Assembly: GCA_903930665.1 (NCBI GenBank) | Contig: CAIYZI010000694.1 | Coordinates: 1-41,540, forward strand | Direction of reading: 5' to 3' | DNA: 41,540 nt | From: an uncultured beta proteobacterium | Lineage (GTDB): Bacteria > Pseudomonadota > Gammaproteobacteria > Burkholderiales > Burkholderiaceae | Shown here: in pieces, positions 1 to 9,092 of the stretch | Layout of the letters: each line of letters opens with the position of its first letter | Position numbering within the stretch: position 1 is the first letter of the stretch | Position numbers and translations under genes: made by a program | The notes under the pieces: generated by a model | Seen by the model: only the letters and a program-made list of their open reading frames with translations | The model's database searches: none | What the model was told of the DNA's origin: nothing

Positions 1-98
1 AGTGCTTTTCCCGCCACATTAATTCATCAGTATTTTTAATAAAATCGCCCTTAACGCATTCAAAATGGCTATATGGGTTAATTCTTTCATCTAATTCC

Positions 99-127
99 TT
101 GACATGCTGGTAAATAGAGCAAACAAT
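99..127 (+). promoter_or_regulatory. Putative sigma70 promoter of the cold-shock gene
   Basis: Perfect TTGACA at 99-104, 17-bp spacer, AACAAT (4/6 match to TATAAT) at 122-127; implies a leader of about 100 nt, as is typical of csp genes. Confidence 0.55.
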
Positions 128-236
128 TGACCATAAGGCTTTTATTGAAGTCCTTTTTGGCGTGTTGTAGTGCGAGTCTGATTAAAAAGTATTGCCCCTC
201 ATCACGGTTGTTTTAAGTTTATGTAATGGAGTTTGT

Positions 237-440
237 ATGTCTACAGGTATTGTTAAGTGGTTCAATGACGCAAAAGGTTTTGGCTTTATCAAACCGGATG
301 ATAGTGAAGAAGAATTGTTCGCGCATTTCAGCGCAATTAATATGGGTGGTTTTAAAACCCTTCAGGAAAACCAAAAGGTAACGTTTGATATTACCCAAGG
401 CCCTAAAGGTAAACAAGCTACCAATATCCAAGCGGCCTAA
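237..440 (+). CDS. Cold-shock protein, CspA family (67 aa)
   Basis: [18 protein letters not shown] (RNP1) and LFAHFSAI (RNP2). ATG at 237 follows a GGAG SD, so it is preferred over the track start at 192. Confidence 0.95.
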   Translation: MSTGIVKWFNDAKGFGFIKPDDSEEELFAHFSAINMGGFKTLQENQKVTFDITQGPKGKQATNIQAA

Positions 441-459
441 TCGTCCTTAGATCATTATC

Positions 460-490
460 AAAACCCAGGACTTGCTCCTGGGTTTTTTTT
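460..490 (+). terminator. Rho-independent terminator after csp
   Basis: AAAACCCAGGA-cttgc-TCCTGGGTTTT stem followed by a T run. Confidence 0.9.
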
Positions 491-666
491 GGCCTTCAGA
501 AATCTTTTGGAGCCAACCAACAACAAATCCAATGCTTCAATTGATTGCGTCAAAGAGGTTGCCGTCAACATTTCCAAAGGGACTTTAAATTTCTAGTCGG
601 TTAGTCGTGACGTGAACCTTAGACTAAATAATTTTAATTTTCGCCACTCTTATTACCTCTCCTTGA

Positions 667-1761
667 CTACGCCCAAAACTTTTTCATTTCAGGTAAATCT
701 TGCATCCCTCTCTCGTAACCATACTTGATAGCGGGCTCCATAATTGACGGATCCACAACGCTCATTGTTTTTCTGCCGGGCAACATGCCAACAACCACTA
801 GCTTTGTTTTCGTCCCACCAGCCTCGAGATCTTTTACTTCCTGCACAATGGTATTGGGCAAGTGATTTAAACGAAGCCCTTCCTTTTCCTGTTCGATAGT
901 ATCTGCCAGAGCAACAACTAGAGCCCTTTTAGAGCCAGCCACAATATCGCAATGAGTTTCTGTAGAGCCAATACTCCCATCCATACAGACGCGATCTTTT
1001 ACCCAGGTTGGACCAGTTACACCAGGCGCAGAAGCGCTAGCAGCACATGCCGTAATAACCGATATACCTGAATTTGGGGCAATCACCAAACGCTCAGCGG
1101 TGTAGCAATCAATCGTAGTGATGTACATTTTCTCTGGGATGCTCTTCATATTGCCCAAGAAAACCTTGATGTTAGTCTCAAATTTCTCGGAGGGGATAGA
1201 TTTTGCGGCCATTGCAGCATGGCCAATTGCCTGAATAGTATCGGGATTGCCATCTTCAGCAGCAAGCCCCATTTTCATTACCCGCTCTTGACTGGGCGAG
1301 AACTTTTTTGTGGGCACTAGCTTAGCCATGATCTTAGGATAATCCGCCAAAAGATTAAACTCTGCGGAAAATAGATCCAAGCGACTGCCCAATAAAGCAC
1401 TTCCCAAAACTGCACCAGCAGATGTGCCTACGACAATATCAGCTAAGCGTAAATTCACGCCGTTCTCGAGCATTGCATGAAAGTAACCCACTAAAAATGA
1501 GCTCATATATTCAGAGCCACCACCTAATACGATTGCCCTATCTTTCCCTTTGCCTGGAGGGTTTATATAAGGAATGGGGTGAGCCAAGCCGTCATCCCAA
1601 TCGGCCGTAGTAGATTGAATTTCTCTAGCCTCTAATGCCCTCACCTGTGCAATAGTCTTCTTAGAAATTTCAGATGTCCGAGCAAATCCTTGCGTGCTAG
1701 CTACAGCAACAACCCCTGCAGCAGAAGTCTTCAAAAAATGACGGCGGGTAGATTGGGACAT
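667..1761 (-). CDS. Patatin-like phospholipase/esterase with twin-arginine (Tat) signal peptide
   Basis: N-terminal TRRHFLK Tat motif plus hydrophobic stretch; VLGGG loop, nucleophile elbow GTSAG, ASASAPG motif and catalytic-Asp segment MDGS. Confidence 0.85.
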   Translation of the reverse strand: MSQSTRRHFLKTSAAGVVAVASTQGFARTSEISKKTIAQVRALEAREIQSTTADWDDGLAHPIPYINPPGKGKDRAIVLGGGSEYMSSFLVGYFHAMLENGVNLRLADIVVGTSAGAVLGSALLGSRLDLFSAEFNLLADYPKIMAKLVPTKKFSPSQERVMKMGLAAEDGNPDTIQAIGHAAMAAKSIPSEKFETNIKVFLGNMKSIPEKMYITTIDCYTAERLVIAPNSGISVITACAASASAPGVTGPTWVKDRVCMDGSIGSTETHCDIVAGSKRALVVALADTIEQEKEGLRLNHLPNTIVQEVKDLEAGGTKTKLVVVGMLPGRKTMSVVDPSIMEPAIKYGYERGMQDLPEMKKFWA

Positions 1762-1763
1762 TT

Positions 1764-3449
1764 TTATGTCTTTCCTGGAATATTCGTTTTATAGATTTGA
1801 TTTTGTATAGCAAGCGGCAATGGCTGACTTTCTGAAGCAGGGATCATGACTTCAATATAAGAAGCACCATCGAAGGTATTGGCTTTTTCAATTGCTGCAT
1901 CTAACTCACCTACCGTACTCACTCTTACACTAAACCAGGTATCACAACCCATTGCACTAGGTATTTGTGAATAGTTCCACTTTGCCAGCTCATCATAAGA
2001 AGGCCCTATTTCACTAAGAACGTTCTCAACTCCAAATATATTGTTATTCAACACAAAAATAATAGGTTTAATGCCATAGCGCCCCATGACACCAATTTCA
2101 TTGGCCGTTAACTGATGAGATCCATCGCCTGTAACCAAAATGGTTCTTCCTTTTTTATTGGCCATACATACCCCTTCAGCCGCTGGTGTTGCCCAACCAA
2201 TCGAACCCCATAATGTTTGCGTCTGAAAGCCAACCCCATCAGGCAAGGTCATCGGTGTTGTGTACATGATGCATGTACCCGTCTCCACTACCAATACATC
2301 ACCTGATCTCAGCATTTTTTGCAAGCGAGGATAAAAGTTATTGGAGGAAGTTGGATCATTAGGCGCCCCTACCAACGGCAACTGTAGTTGAGTATTTGCA
2401 TCATTTGGTCTTGGAGCAAGGCTAATACGATCGGTGAGACCCATAAGGATGTCGCTTAAAACAACACCAGTAAAAATGGTATTGCCCAATCTGACAAATT
2501 GATCACCTAAAGTGAGTAGCCTAGATTGAGCGATGTTATCGGTCCAAAAGGTAGTGTTAAAGTCTTCAAAAACCACGCCACCAATATCCAATACCAAATC
2601 AGCACTTTCGACGGTTGCTTTTAAAACAGCAGGGCTAGAGTTCATACCGTTATAGATTCCCAAGTAATTGGGATGCGCCTCAGAAATGACCGCTTTATCC
2701 ATCGGCGTGGTTGCGTAAGGAATATTAGATTTATTCAAAAACTGCTTTAAATGCTCTAGAGCGCCGAAATTACTAGCAAACTGGGTTGGCAACGCAACGA
2801 TGTTTTTGCTAACCTGAATTTTCCCAACAATAAATTCAATAGCTGCCTTTAATGCAGTTGGGTCACTTTGCGCTCTTGTAATCCGAGAAAGGGGCGCACC
2901 CTTAACCGGCTTACCAATGATAGGCATTTTGCCCAAGTCCATCGGAACAGTAATATAGGCAGGTGCGCTCAAACGCAGCGCCTCACGAATTACCCGCTCC
3001 ATTTCTTCAACAACGTTATCAGGCGTTAGATAAGCGAAGACACAACATGCTAATTCAGATGCCACTCTAAAGTTGTTATACACGCCATCACCTAGAGTGT
3101 GATGGGTAATTAAACCTTGCTTTTGAATTTGAGTGCTTGGTGCGCCAACAATATGGAATACAGGCAAACGCTGTGATTTTGCTCCCATGACTCCATTTAA
3201 AGCACTCAACTCACCGACACCATAGGTTGTTGATAATATGGATACGCCATTGATTCGCGCATAACCATCAGCTGCATAAGCAGCATTTAATTCATTGGCA
3301 CATACAATCCATTCCAGACGATCACAGGCTTCAATAGCATCATCAAATGGGAATGAATAATCACCAGGAACACCAAAAACTCGATCAATACCTAAATCGG
3401 CTAAACGATTGATGACATATTCCGCAATTGTTGGAGTAGTTGAGGCCAT
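1764..3449 (-). CDS. ThDP-dependent 2-oxoacid decarboxylase (pyruvate / indolepyruvate / branched-chain keto-acid decarboxylase family)
   Basis: FGVPGDY, NELNAAYAADGYAR, TTYGVGELSA, HHTLG, WGSIGW and ThDP-binding GDGS...NN motif. Confidence 0.92.
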   Translation of the reverse strand: MASTTPTIAEYVINRLADLGIDRVFGVPGDYSFPFDDAIEACDRLEWIVCANELNAAYAADGYARINGVSILSTTYGVGELSALNGVMGAKSQRLPVFHIVGAPSTQIQKQGLITHHTLGDGVYNNFRVASELACCVFAYLTPDNVVEEMERVIREALRLSAPAYITVPMDLGKMPIIGKPVKGAPLSRITRAQSDPTALKAAIEFIVGKIQVSKNIVALPTQFASNFGALEHLKQFLNKSNIPYATTPMDKAVISEAHPNYLGIYNGMNSSPAVLKATVESADLVLDIGGVVFEDFNTTFWTDNIAQSRLLTLGDQFVRLGNTIFTGVVLSDILMGLTDRISLAPRPNDANTQLQLPLVGAPNDPTSSNNFYPRLQKMLRSGDVLVVETGTCIMYTTPMTLPDGVGFQTQTLWGSIGWATPAAEGVCMANKKGRTILVTGDGSHQLTANEIGVMGRYGIKPIIFVLNNNIFGVENVLSEIGPSYDELAKWNYSQIPSAMGCDTWFSVRVSTVGELDAAIEKANTFDGASYIEVMIPASESQPLPLAIQNQIYKTNIPGKT

Positions 3450-3654
3450 GGCTAATTCTTATCAAATTTAAACAATATTCTAATAGGAGCAATAACTAGA
3501 TTTATCACTCGTTTAATGATGAGTTTTAGCCGCAAAAAACCCCGACTCTTCCATGCCTCATTCTATAAATAGTTCGTTGCTCCAATAGCAGAACCATATA
3601 TTTATTAGGGTTGCTATAGAGCATCTCTAGAGTCTAATTGCATACTTAGTAGTG

Positions 3655-3694
3655 CAAAAAGAAAAACGACTTAGGAATCTCTCCCTAAGTCGTT
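3655..3694 (-). terminator. Rho-independent terminator downstream of tRNA-Ile
   Basis: 11-bp stem AACGACTTAGG/CCTAAGTCGTT (3665-3694) followed on the minus strand by TTTCTTTTT. Confidence 0.8.
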
Positions 3695-3702
3695 GATTTC
3701 AT

Positions 3703-3779
3703 TGGTGGGCCCACCAGGACTTGAACCTGGGACCAAAGGATTATGAGTCCTCTGCTCTAACCAACTGAGCTATAGGCCC
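3703..3779 (-). tRNA. tRNA with CAT anticodon, most likely tRNA-Ile2 (lysidine-modified, reads AUA)
   Basis: GGGCCTATAGCTCAGTTGGTTAGAGCAGAGGACTCATAATCCTTTGGTCCCAGGTTCAAGTCCTGGTGGGCCCACCA forms a cloverleaf with encoded CCA; paired 1:72 position excludes fMet; sequence and position after rpoD resemble ileX-type genes; starts 13 bp after the rpoD stop. Confidence 0.9.
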
Positions 3780-3792
3780 GTAAGTCTTTAAC

Positions 3793-6336
3793 TTAATCTT
3801 CCTCGAGGAAGGTCTTGAGTTTATCGCTACGGCTTGGATGACGCATTTTACGCAAAGCTTTGGCTTCGATTTGACGGATACGCTCACGAGTAACGTCAAA
3901 TTGTTTTCCAACCTCTTCTAACGTGTGATCAGTACTCATTTCAACACCGAAGCGCATACGTAATACTTTTGCTTCACGTGGTGTTAATGAATCCAGAACA
4001 TCCTTCACAACATCGCGCATTGAATCATGCAAGGCCGCTTCAGCTGGTGCCAAAGTATTTCCATCTTCAATGAAGTCGCCCAAATGGGAGTCTTCATCGT
4101 CACCGATTGGAGTTTCCATGGAAATTGGCTCTTTTGCAATCTTCATGATCTTACGAATCTTGTCTTCAGGAATCTCCATCTTCAGTGCCAAAGTTGCAGC
4201 ATCCGGCTCATGACCAGTTTCTTGCAAAATTTGACGGCTGATACGGTTCATCTTATTGATAGTCTCAATCATATGAACTGGGATACGGATCGTACGAGCT
4301 TGGTCAGCAATAGAACGGGTAATCGCCTGACGAATCCACCAAGTTGCATAAGTAGAAAACTTATAACCACGACGGTATTCAAATTTATCTACCGCCTTCA
4401 TCAAGCCGATGTTGCCTTCTTGGATCAAATCTAAGAACTGCAAACCACGGTTGGTGTATTTCTTAGCAATAGAGATCACCAAACGTAAGTTAGCTACAGT
4501 CATCTCACGCTTAGCTTCACGTGCACGCTTTTCACCAGCGATCATTTGCTTGTTTACTTCTTTTAATTCTGGCAGTGGCAATACAACACGTGTCTGGATA
4601 TCAATCAGCTTCTGTTGAAGTTCTTGAATCGCTGGCACGTTACGCTCTAAAAGGGCTGTGTAGGGCTTGTTCTCTTTTAGTAACTTGGCTGTCCACTCTA
4701 AGTTCATCGACATCTTAGGGAAATCTTTTAAAACTTCGCCACGATTCACGCCAACTTTATCCACGAGGAGATTAACAATACCGCGCTCCAACTTCCAAAC
4801 TTGATCAACTTGTGAGCGCATGGTGTCGCACAACTTCTCAACACTCTTAGCCGTCAAACGGAAGCCAAGTAATTCATTACGAATAGCTTCCTGAGCTTTT
4901 ATATAAGCCGGGCAGTTGTAACCTTCTTTTTCAAAGGCCTTGCGCATTTTTTCTGCTTGAGCACGAACAATTGCAAACTTCTCTAAGGAGATTTGTTTTA
5001 ACTCTTCAAGCTGCTTCGCGTTAGCTGTACTGGCACCACCGCCACCACCGCCGCCTTCATCTTCCCCAGCATCTTCACCCTCTTCAGCGTCTGGATCTTC
5101 TTCTGGCTCTTCTGGTCCTAATTTAATATCTTCTGCATTTGGATCTACCAAGCCATCAACAAATTGATCGATCTCGATTTCACCACTAGTGATCTTGTCG
5201 ATGTTTGCCAACATTTCAGCAATGGTTACAGGGCAAGCTGACAACGCCATCACCATATCCTTAAGACCGGCTTCAATCTTCTTGGCAATAACGATCTCGC
5301 CTTCGCGAGTCAACAAATCAACAGTACCCATTTCACGCATATACATACGCACTGGATCAGTTGTGCGACCGAACTCTGAATCCACTGTTGAAAGCGCTGC
5401 TTCAGCTTCTTCCTCAGCCTCTTCCTCAGACGCAGCAGCAGCCGTGTTATCTGACAGAATTAATGTTTCAGCATCGGGAGCTTGTTCGTAAACAGTAATA
5501 CCAATATCGTTTAACAGGCTGATCAAAGTTTCTAATGCATCGGCATCAGATAACTCATCAGACATCACGTCATTCATTTCGCCATGGGTTAAGTAACCCT
5601 TGGACATACCCATTTTGATCAAGGTCTTCAAACGAGCGCGACGTAATTCTTGCTGCTCTTCAGAGCCAAGCTGTTGTGCAGCAAATTCTTTTAAGAGGGC
5701 CTTCTCTTTAGCTTTACGCTCACGTGCTTTTTGACGATCTGTCAGTACAGGTTCAGCACCCTCCGCAGAAGCATCTGCTTTAGCTTTGCGGGCACGGGCT
5801 TTTTTATCATCCTCACCAACTACTTCAACTTCAACCTCAGCTTCAACCTCAACAGCCTTAGCCTTTTTGACTTTTATTTCCGCTTTTTCCTCGGCAGCAG
5901 CCTCAGCTTTAGCTACCTTAACTGGCTCAGACTTAAGCTTTTTAGCAAGCTCAGCTTTAGCAGCAGGAGCGGCTGGCTTTGCTACAGACTTTGCTACAAC
6001 CTTCACTGGTGCTTTTGCTACTGTCTTGGCTGCGGGTTTGACTTCTGCCTTAGCTGGCTTAACCGGAGTTTTTGCCACTGGCTTTGCTACAGCCTTTACA
6101 GGTTTAGCTGGAGCTTTAGTCGGCGCCTTAGCCGCTGGCTTAGCTACAGATTTAGCTACAGGTTTTGCTGGCTTAGCCGGAACTTTTGCTACTGGCTTTG
6201 CTGCAACCTTAACCGGTTTTGCTGGCGCTTTTGCCGCTGGCTTAGCTAGAGGTTTAGCTACCACCTTCACAGGCTTAGCTGGAGCTTTTGCTTTAGCAAC
6301 TGGTTTAGCAGGTTTTTTAGTCTTGGTATTAGGCAT
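3793..6336 (-). CDS. rpoD: RNA polymerase primary sigma factor RpoD with long basic N-terminal extension
   Basis: Region 1.2 [15 protein letters not shown], region 2 [39 protein letters not shown], region 4 [26 protein letters not shown]. Confidence 0.98.
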   Translation of the reverse strand: MPNTKTKKPAKPVAKAKAPAKPVKVVAKPLAKPAAKAPAKPVKVAAKPVAKVPAKPAKPVAKSVAKPAAKAPTKAPAKPVKAVAKPVAKTPVKPAKAEVKPAAKTVAKAPVKVVAKSVAKPAAPAAKAELAKKLKSEPVKVAKAEAAAEEKAEIKVKKAKAVEVEAEVEVEVVGEDDKKARARKAKADASAEGAEPVLTDRQKARERKAKEKALLKEFAAQQLGSEEQQELRRARLKTLIKMGMSKGYLTHGEMNDVMSDELSDADALETLISLLNDIGITVYEQAPDAETLILSDNTAAAASEEEAEEEAEAALSTVDSEFGRTTDPVRMYMREMGTVDLLTREGEIVIAKKIEAGLKDMVMALSACPVTIAEMLANIDKITSGEIEIDQFVDGLVDPNAEDIKLGPEEPEEDPDAEEGEDAGEDEGGGGGGGASTANAKQLEELKQISLEKFAIVRAQAEKMRKAFEKEGYNCPAYIKAQEAIRNELLGFRLTAKSVEKLCDTMRSQVDQVWKLERGIVNLLVDKVGVNRGEVLKDFPKMSMNLEWTAKLLKENKPYTALLERNVPAIQELQQKLIDIQTRVVLPLPELKEVNKQMIAGEKRAREAKREMTVANLRLVISIAKKYTNRGLQFLDLIQEGNIGLMKAVDKFEYRRGYKFSTYATWWIRQAITRSIADQARTIRIPVHMIETINKMNRISRQILQETGHEPDAATLALKMEIPEDKIRKIMKIAKEPISMETPIGDDEDSHLGDFIEDGNTLAPAEAALHDSMRDVVKDVLDSLTPREAKVLRMRFGVEMSTDHTLEEVGKQFDVTRERIRQIEAKALRKMRHPSRSDKLKTFLEED
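5940..6320 (-). repeat. Degenerate tandem repeats encoding KPAK/AKPV/AKAP units in the RpoD N-terminus
   Basis: Recurring (G/T)GCTAAGCCAGC / GCAAAACC-type units; protein is almost only K, A, P, V over about 125 aa. Confidence 0.8.
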
Positions 6337-6471
6337 CTATTGGCACTTATTCACGTTACTGTTTATTGATATCGACTGATTAAGCACAGCCACGTTGTCT
6401 ACTTGTCCAAAATTTTATGAAAATAAAGCGCAAGTAGCTGAATTAAATCGGTTTTTTCTTGGGAAGAAAGG

Positions 6472-6477
6472 ATTATA
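6472..6477 (-). promoter_or_regulatory. Putative sigma70 -10 element upstream of rpoD
   Basis: Perfect TATAAT on the minus strand in the dnaG-rpoD spacer; no convincing -35. Confidence 0.45.
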
Positions 6478-6514
6478 GTCGATTGCAACTTTTTCACCTT
6501 CCCCATACATAAGA

Positions 6515-6542
6515 ATATGGGGTAAATTTTGAGCTTTTCTAG
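6515..6542 (-). promoter_or_regulatory. Putative sigma32 (RpoH) heat-shock promoter for rpoD
   Basis: Minus strand CTAGAAA-N13-CCCCATAT versus consensus CTTGAAA-N13/14-CCCCATnT; rpoD is a known sigma32 target in E. coli. Confidence 0.65.
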
Positions 6543-6560
6543 AGCTAAATCAGTAAATTC

Positions 6561-8510
6561 TTAAGAAAATTTAAGGCGCTCGCCTAACTCTCTATATCTC
6601 GCTCTATCTTCGTCGGTCGCCACACCCCCTGAAATTTTCTGAGTAATCTCAGTCATCTCCTGTTTTAGGTGAGTTAACTCAAGCTTCTTGAAGGCGCCCT
6701 CTAGGTCTGCAGACGCACCCTCTAAATCCAGATCAGAGCCCATCACCCGTTTTCTGAGTACTTCATAAAGCGGGGCAAGCTCACTGCGAGAAAGCTGCTC
6801 TTGAAACAAAGCAAATGCGCCAGCTCCAACTGTTGGAGATTTTCCATTTTCACCAGGAATGAGCTCCACCAAATCGCATTGCGCTAACAAGTCTTTCATT
6901 AGCTCATATGCTTTAGAAGAGCGCTGTTCAGATGCCTGCAAAGCAAGTCCCCGTTTGTTTTCATCCAAATCTTTGCCCAAATGGGGGTACTGAATTAAAA
7001 CGCGCAACATTTGTTCAGCTAAGTCCATGGGGCCTTGAGGTGGGGGAATGTTTTGCATTACTGGCTTTTTTCCCGAGCCCTTAAAGTTTTGCCATGGCGC
7101 CCCGGGAGCTCTATTTCCCGAAGTTGGATTCGAATTGCTTGGAGCGCGTGGCGCTAAATTTGTGTAAGAAGCTTGCTGGACTGGCGCAGGGGCGACCGTA
7201 AGACCACAAAAGGACTCTAGCTCGGTAGGAGTGGAATTTGTCCGAATAGCTACTTCCCTCAAAATTTGCGTTCGCAAAGCAATAGGCGGCATTGATAGCA
7301 ATAGAGGCTTAGCAGCATGATGTGTTTGCGCTCTACCCTCTGGAGTAGTCAACTCATGGCCTTCGCTAACTAACTTGAAGAAAAAACTGGAAAGCGACAT
7401 TGCCTCTTTGATCGCCTTCTCAAATGCTGGAGCACCATAAGTACGCACATAGCTATCGGGATCGTGCTCGGTTGGCAAAAATAGAAAGCGAATTTCTTTA
7501 TCGTCTGACATCAGAGGCAAGCAGGCCTCTAAAGCCCTCTGAGCAGCTCGTTGACCTGCAGAGTCCCCATCAAAAGAAAAGACAATACGATCTGTTTGAC
7601 GCAAGAGCATGCGCACATGATTTGCAGTGCAGGCAGTACCAAGAGTTGCTACAGCATTAGGAAATCCTAATTGCGCCAGCGCAACAACATCCATATAGCC
7701 TTCGCACACCAAAACATATTCTTGTGCACGAATTGCTTGGCGCGCCTCGAATAAACCATACAGAGTATTACCCTTAGAAAAAAGCGGCGTCTCTGGAGAA
7801 TTCAAATATTTAGGCTCACCTTGATCTAAGATGCGGCCACCAAAACCAATGGTCTGACCTTTTTGATTGCGAATCGGAAACATAATCCGATCACGGAATC
7901 GATCGTAGCGTCTGGCAGTTTGCTGACCTTCACTTTGCTCACTCTGAATGAGTAAACCACCTTCCAACAAGGTTTTAGCAACTTCATCATTAGAGTAAGA
8001 ACCAAAAACTGCTTCAAGCCCCTGCCATCCATCGGGAGCATAACCTAGGGTATAACGTTTTGCGATTTCCCCTGTGAGCCCGCGCCCTTTTAAGTATTCA
8101 ACAGCGCGTGGGGTATTTTTAAGTTGTTGGCGATACCAGTCTGCTGCTGCGCTCATCACTTCGCTAAGTGCCATCGTCTGCTGTTGCCTTGCAACATCAT
8201 TAGCGGTACGTTCTTCGCGAGGCACCGTTAAACCCGCAGATCGCGCTAATTCTTCTATGGTATCTACATAGCCCAATCCAGCATATTCCATTAAGAAGCT
8301 AATGGCTGAACCATGGGCTCCGCACCCAAAGCAGTGATAAAACTGCTTATTTGGTGAAACTGAAAACGAAGGGGATTTCTCTTGATGAAAGGGGCATAAA
8401 CCTTGATAGTTTGCGCCAGCCTTTTTTAATTTAACGTGCTGGCCAACCACATCAACGATGTCGATCCGATTTAAAAGATCGGCAATGAAGGATTGGGGGA
8501 TGAGGGCCAT
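6561..8510 (-). CDS. dnaG: DNA primase
   Basis: Zn-finger CPFH...CFGC, KYLNSPET, TOPRIM EGYMDV and FDGDSAG, HDPDS. Confidence 0.98.
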   Translation of the reverse strand: MALIPQSFIADLLNRIDIVDVVGQHVKLKKAGANYQGLCPFHQEKSPSFSVSPNKQFYHCFGCGAHGSAISFLMEYAGLGYVDTIEELARSAGLTVPREERTANDVARQQQTMALSEVMSAAADWYRQQLKNTPRAVEYLKGRGLTGEIAKRYTLGYAPDGWQGLEAVFGSYSNDEVAKTLLEGGLLIQSEQSEGQQTARRYDRFRDRIMFPIRNQKGQTIGFGGRILDQGEPKYLNSPETPLFSKGNTLYGLFEARQAIRAQEYVLVCEGYMDVVALAQLGFPNAVATLGTACTANHVRMLLRQTDRIVFSFDGDSAGQRAAQRALEACLPLMSDDKEIRFLFLPTEHDPDSYVRTYGAPAFEKAIKEAMSLSSFFFKLVSEGHELTTPEGRAQTHHAAKPLLLSMPPIALRTQILREVAIRTNSTPTELESFCGLTVAPAPVQQASYTNLAPRAPSNSNPTSGNRAPGAPWQNFKGSGKKPVMQNIPPPQGPMDLAEQMLRVLIQYPHLGKDLDENKRGLALQASEQRSSKAYELMKDLLAQCDLVELIPGENGKSPTVGAGAFALFQEQLSRSELAPLYEVLRKRVMGSDLDLEGASADLEGAFKKLELTHLKQEMTEITQKISGGVATDEDRARYRELGERLKFS

Positions 8511-8530
8511 GGTTTGGCAGCGTAATCTCG

Positions 8531-8557
8531 TTAAGTAAGAATCTTTAGCTTACTTAA
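8531..8557. other. AT-rich hairpin between yqeY and dnaG (possible terminator or processing site)
   Basis: 9-bp inverted repeat TTAAGTAAG-N9-CTTACTTAA. Confidence 0.4.
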
Positions 8558-8561
8558 AAAT

Positions 8562-9008
8562 TTACTTAGCCAGCGCGGCTTTCACCAAAGTAGAAACTTT
8601 GCCCATATCGGCTTTACCCGCTAGCTGCGATTTCAGTGCACCTATAACTTTACCCATATCTTGCGGGCCACTGGCGCCTGTAGCGGCAACCGCAGCTGCC
8701 ACAGCAGTCTCTACCTCTGCATCCGTGAGTTGCGCAGGTAAATACACCTGCAAGATTTCCATTTCAGCCGCCTCGATCGCAACCAAATCATCACGGCCTG
8801 CAGTTGCAAATTGAGAAATAGAATCTTTACGCTGCTTAATTAACTTTTCAACAATTGCCACTATGCCCGCATCGTCCACCACCAGACGCTCATCGACTTC
8901 ACGTTGCTTGATGGCAGCCAACAAAAGACGAATGGCGCCCAAGCGCGTAACTTCTTTTGCGCGCATGGCTGATTTCATATCTTCAGTGATTTGATCTTTA
9001 AGACTCAT
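8562..9008 (-). CDS. GatB/YqeY domain protein
   Basis: MSLKDQITEDMKSAMRAK, KQRKDSI..F..AGRDDL, YLPAQL, DMGKV; typical position after rpsU. Confidence 0.93.
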   Translation of the reverse strand: MSLKDQITEDMKSAMRAKEVTRLGAIRLLLAAIKQREVDERLVVDDAGIVAIVEKLIKQRKDSISQFATAGRDDLVAIEAAEMEILQVYLPAQLTDAEVETAVAAAVAATGASGPQDMGKVIGALKSQLAGKADMGKVSTLVKAALAK

Positions 9009-9052
9009 GGAATTATTCCTTTAGTTCAATTAACAGTCGTTAAGCCGCAAAT

Positions 9053-9092
9053 TAAAAAGCAAAAACCCGCTGCGTTTCACCGTCAGCGGGTT
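9053..9092 (-). terminator. Intra-operon terminator after rpsU
   Basis: AACCCGCTG/CAGCGGGTT stem followed on the minus strand by TTTGCTTTTT. Confidence 0.7.

Noticed and set aside
192-236. 15-aa N-terminal extension of the cold-shock protein in the ORF track
   Set aside because: TTG start without an SD; the canonical Csp start with GGAG is at 237
506-525. TTTTGGAGCCAACC as a possible degenerate copy of the tRNA 3' end (att site)
   Set aside because: Too few identities with TGGTGGGCCCACC to exceed chance
446-571. 41-codon minus-strand ORF (MLTATSLTQSIEALDLLL...) between csp and the patatin gene
   Set aside because: No recognisable motif, runs through the csp terminator, weak SD; could be a gene remnant but is unsupported
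3450-3660. TPP riboswitch upstream of the ThDP enzyme
   Set aside because: The conserved CTGAGA and CCTGA...TAAT...GCG motifs are absent on the minus strand
3703-3779. tRNA-Met assignment from the CAT anticodon
   Set aside because: Paired 1:72 position excludes the initiator; sequence and context fit Ile2 better, although elongator Met is not formally excluded
5731-6379. Long plus-strand ORFs (172 and 197 aa)
   Set aside because: Antisense shadows of the low-complexity rpoD repeats; the repeats also lack the repeat-spacer pattern of a CRISPR array
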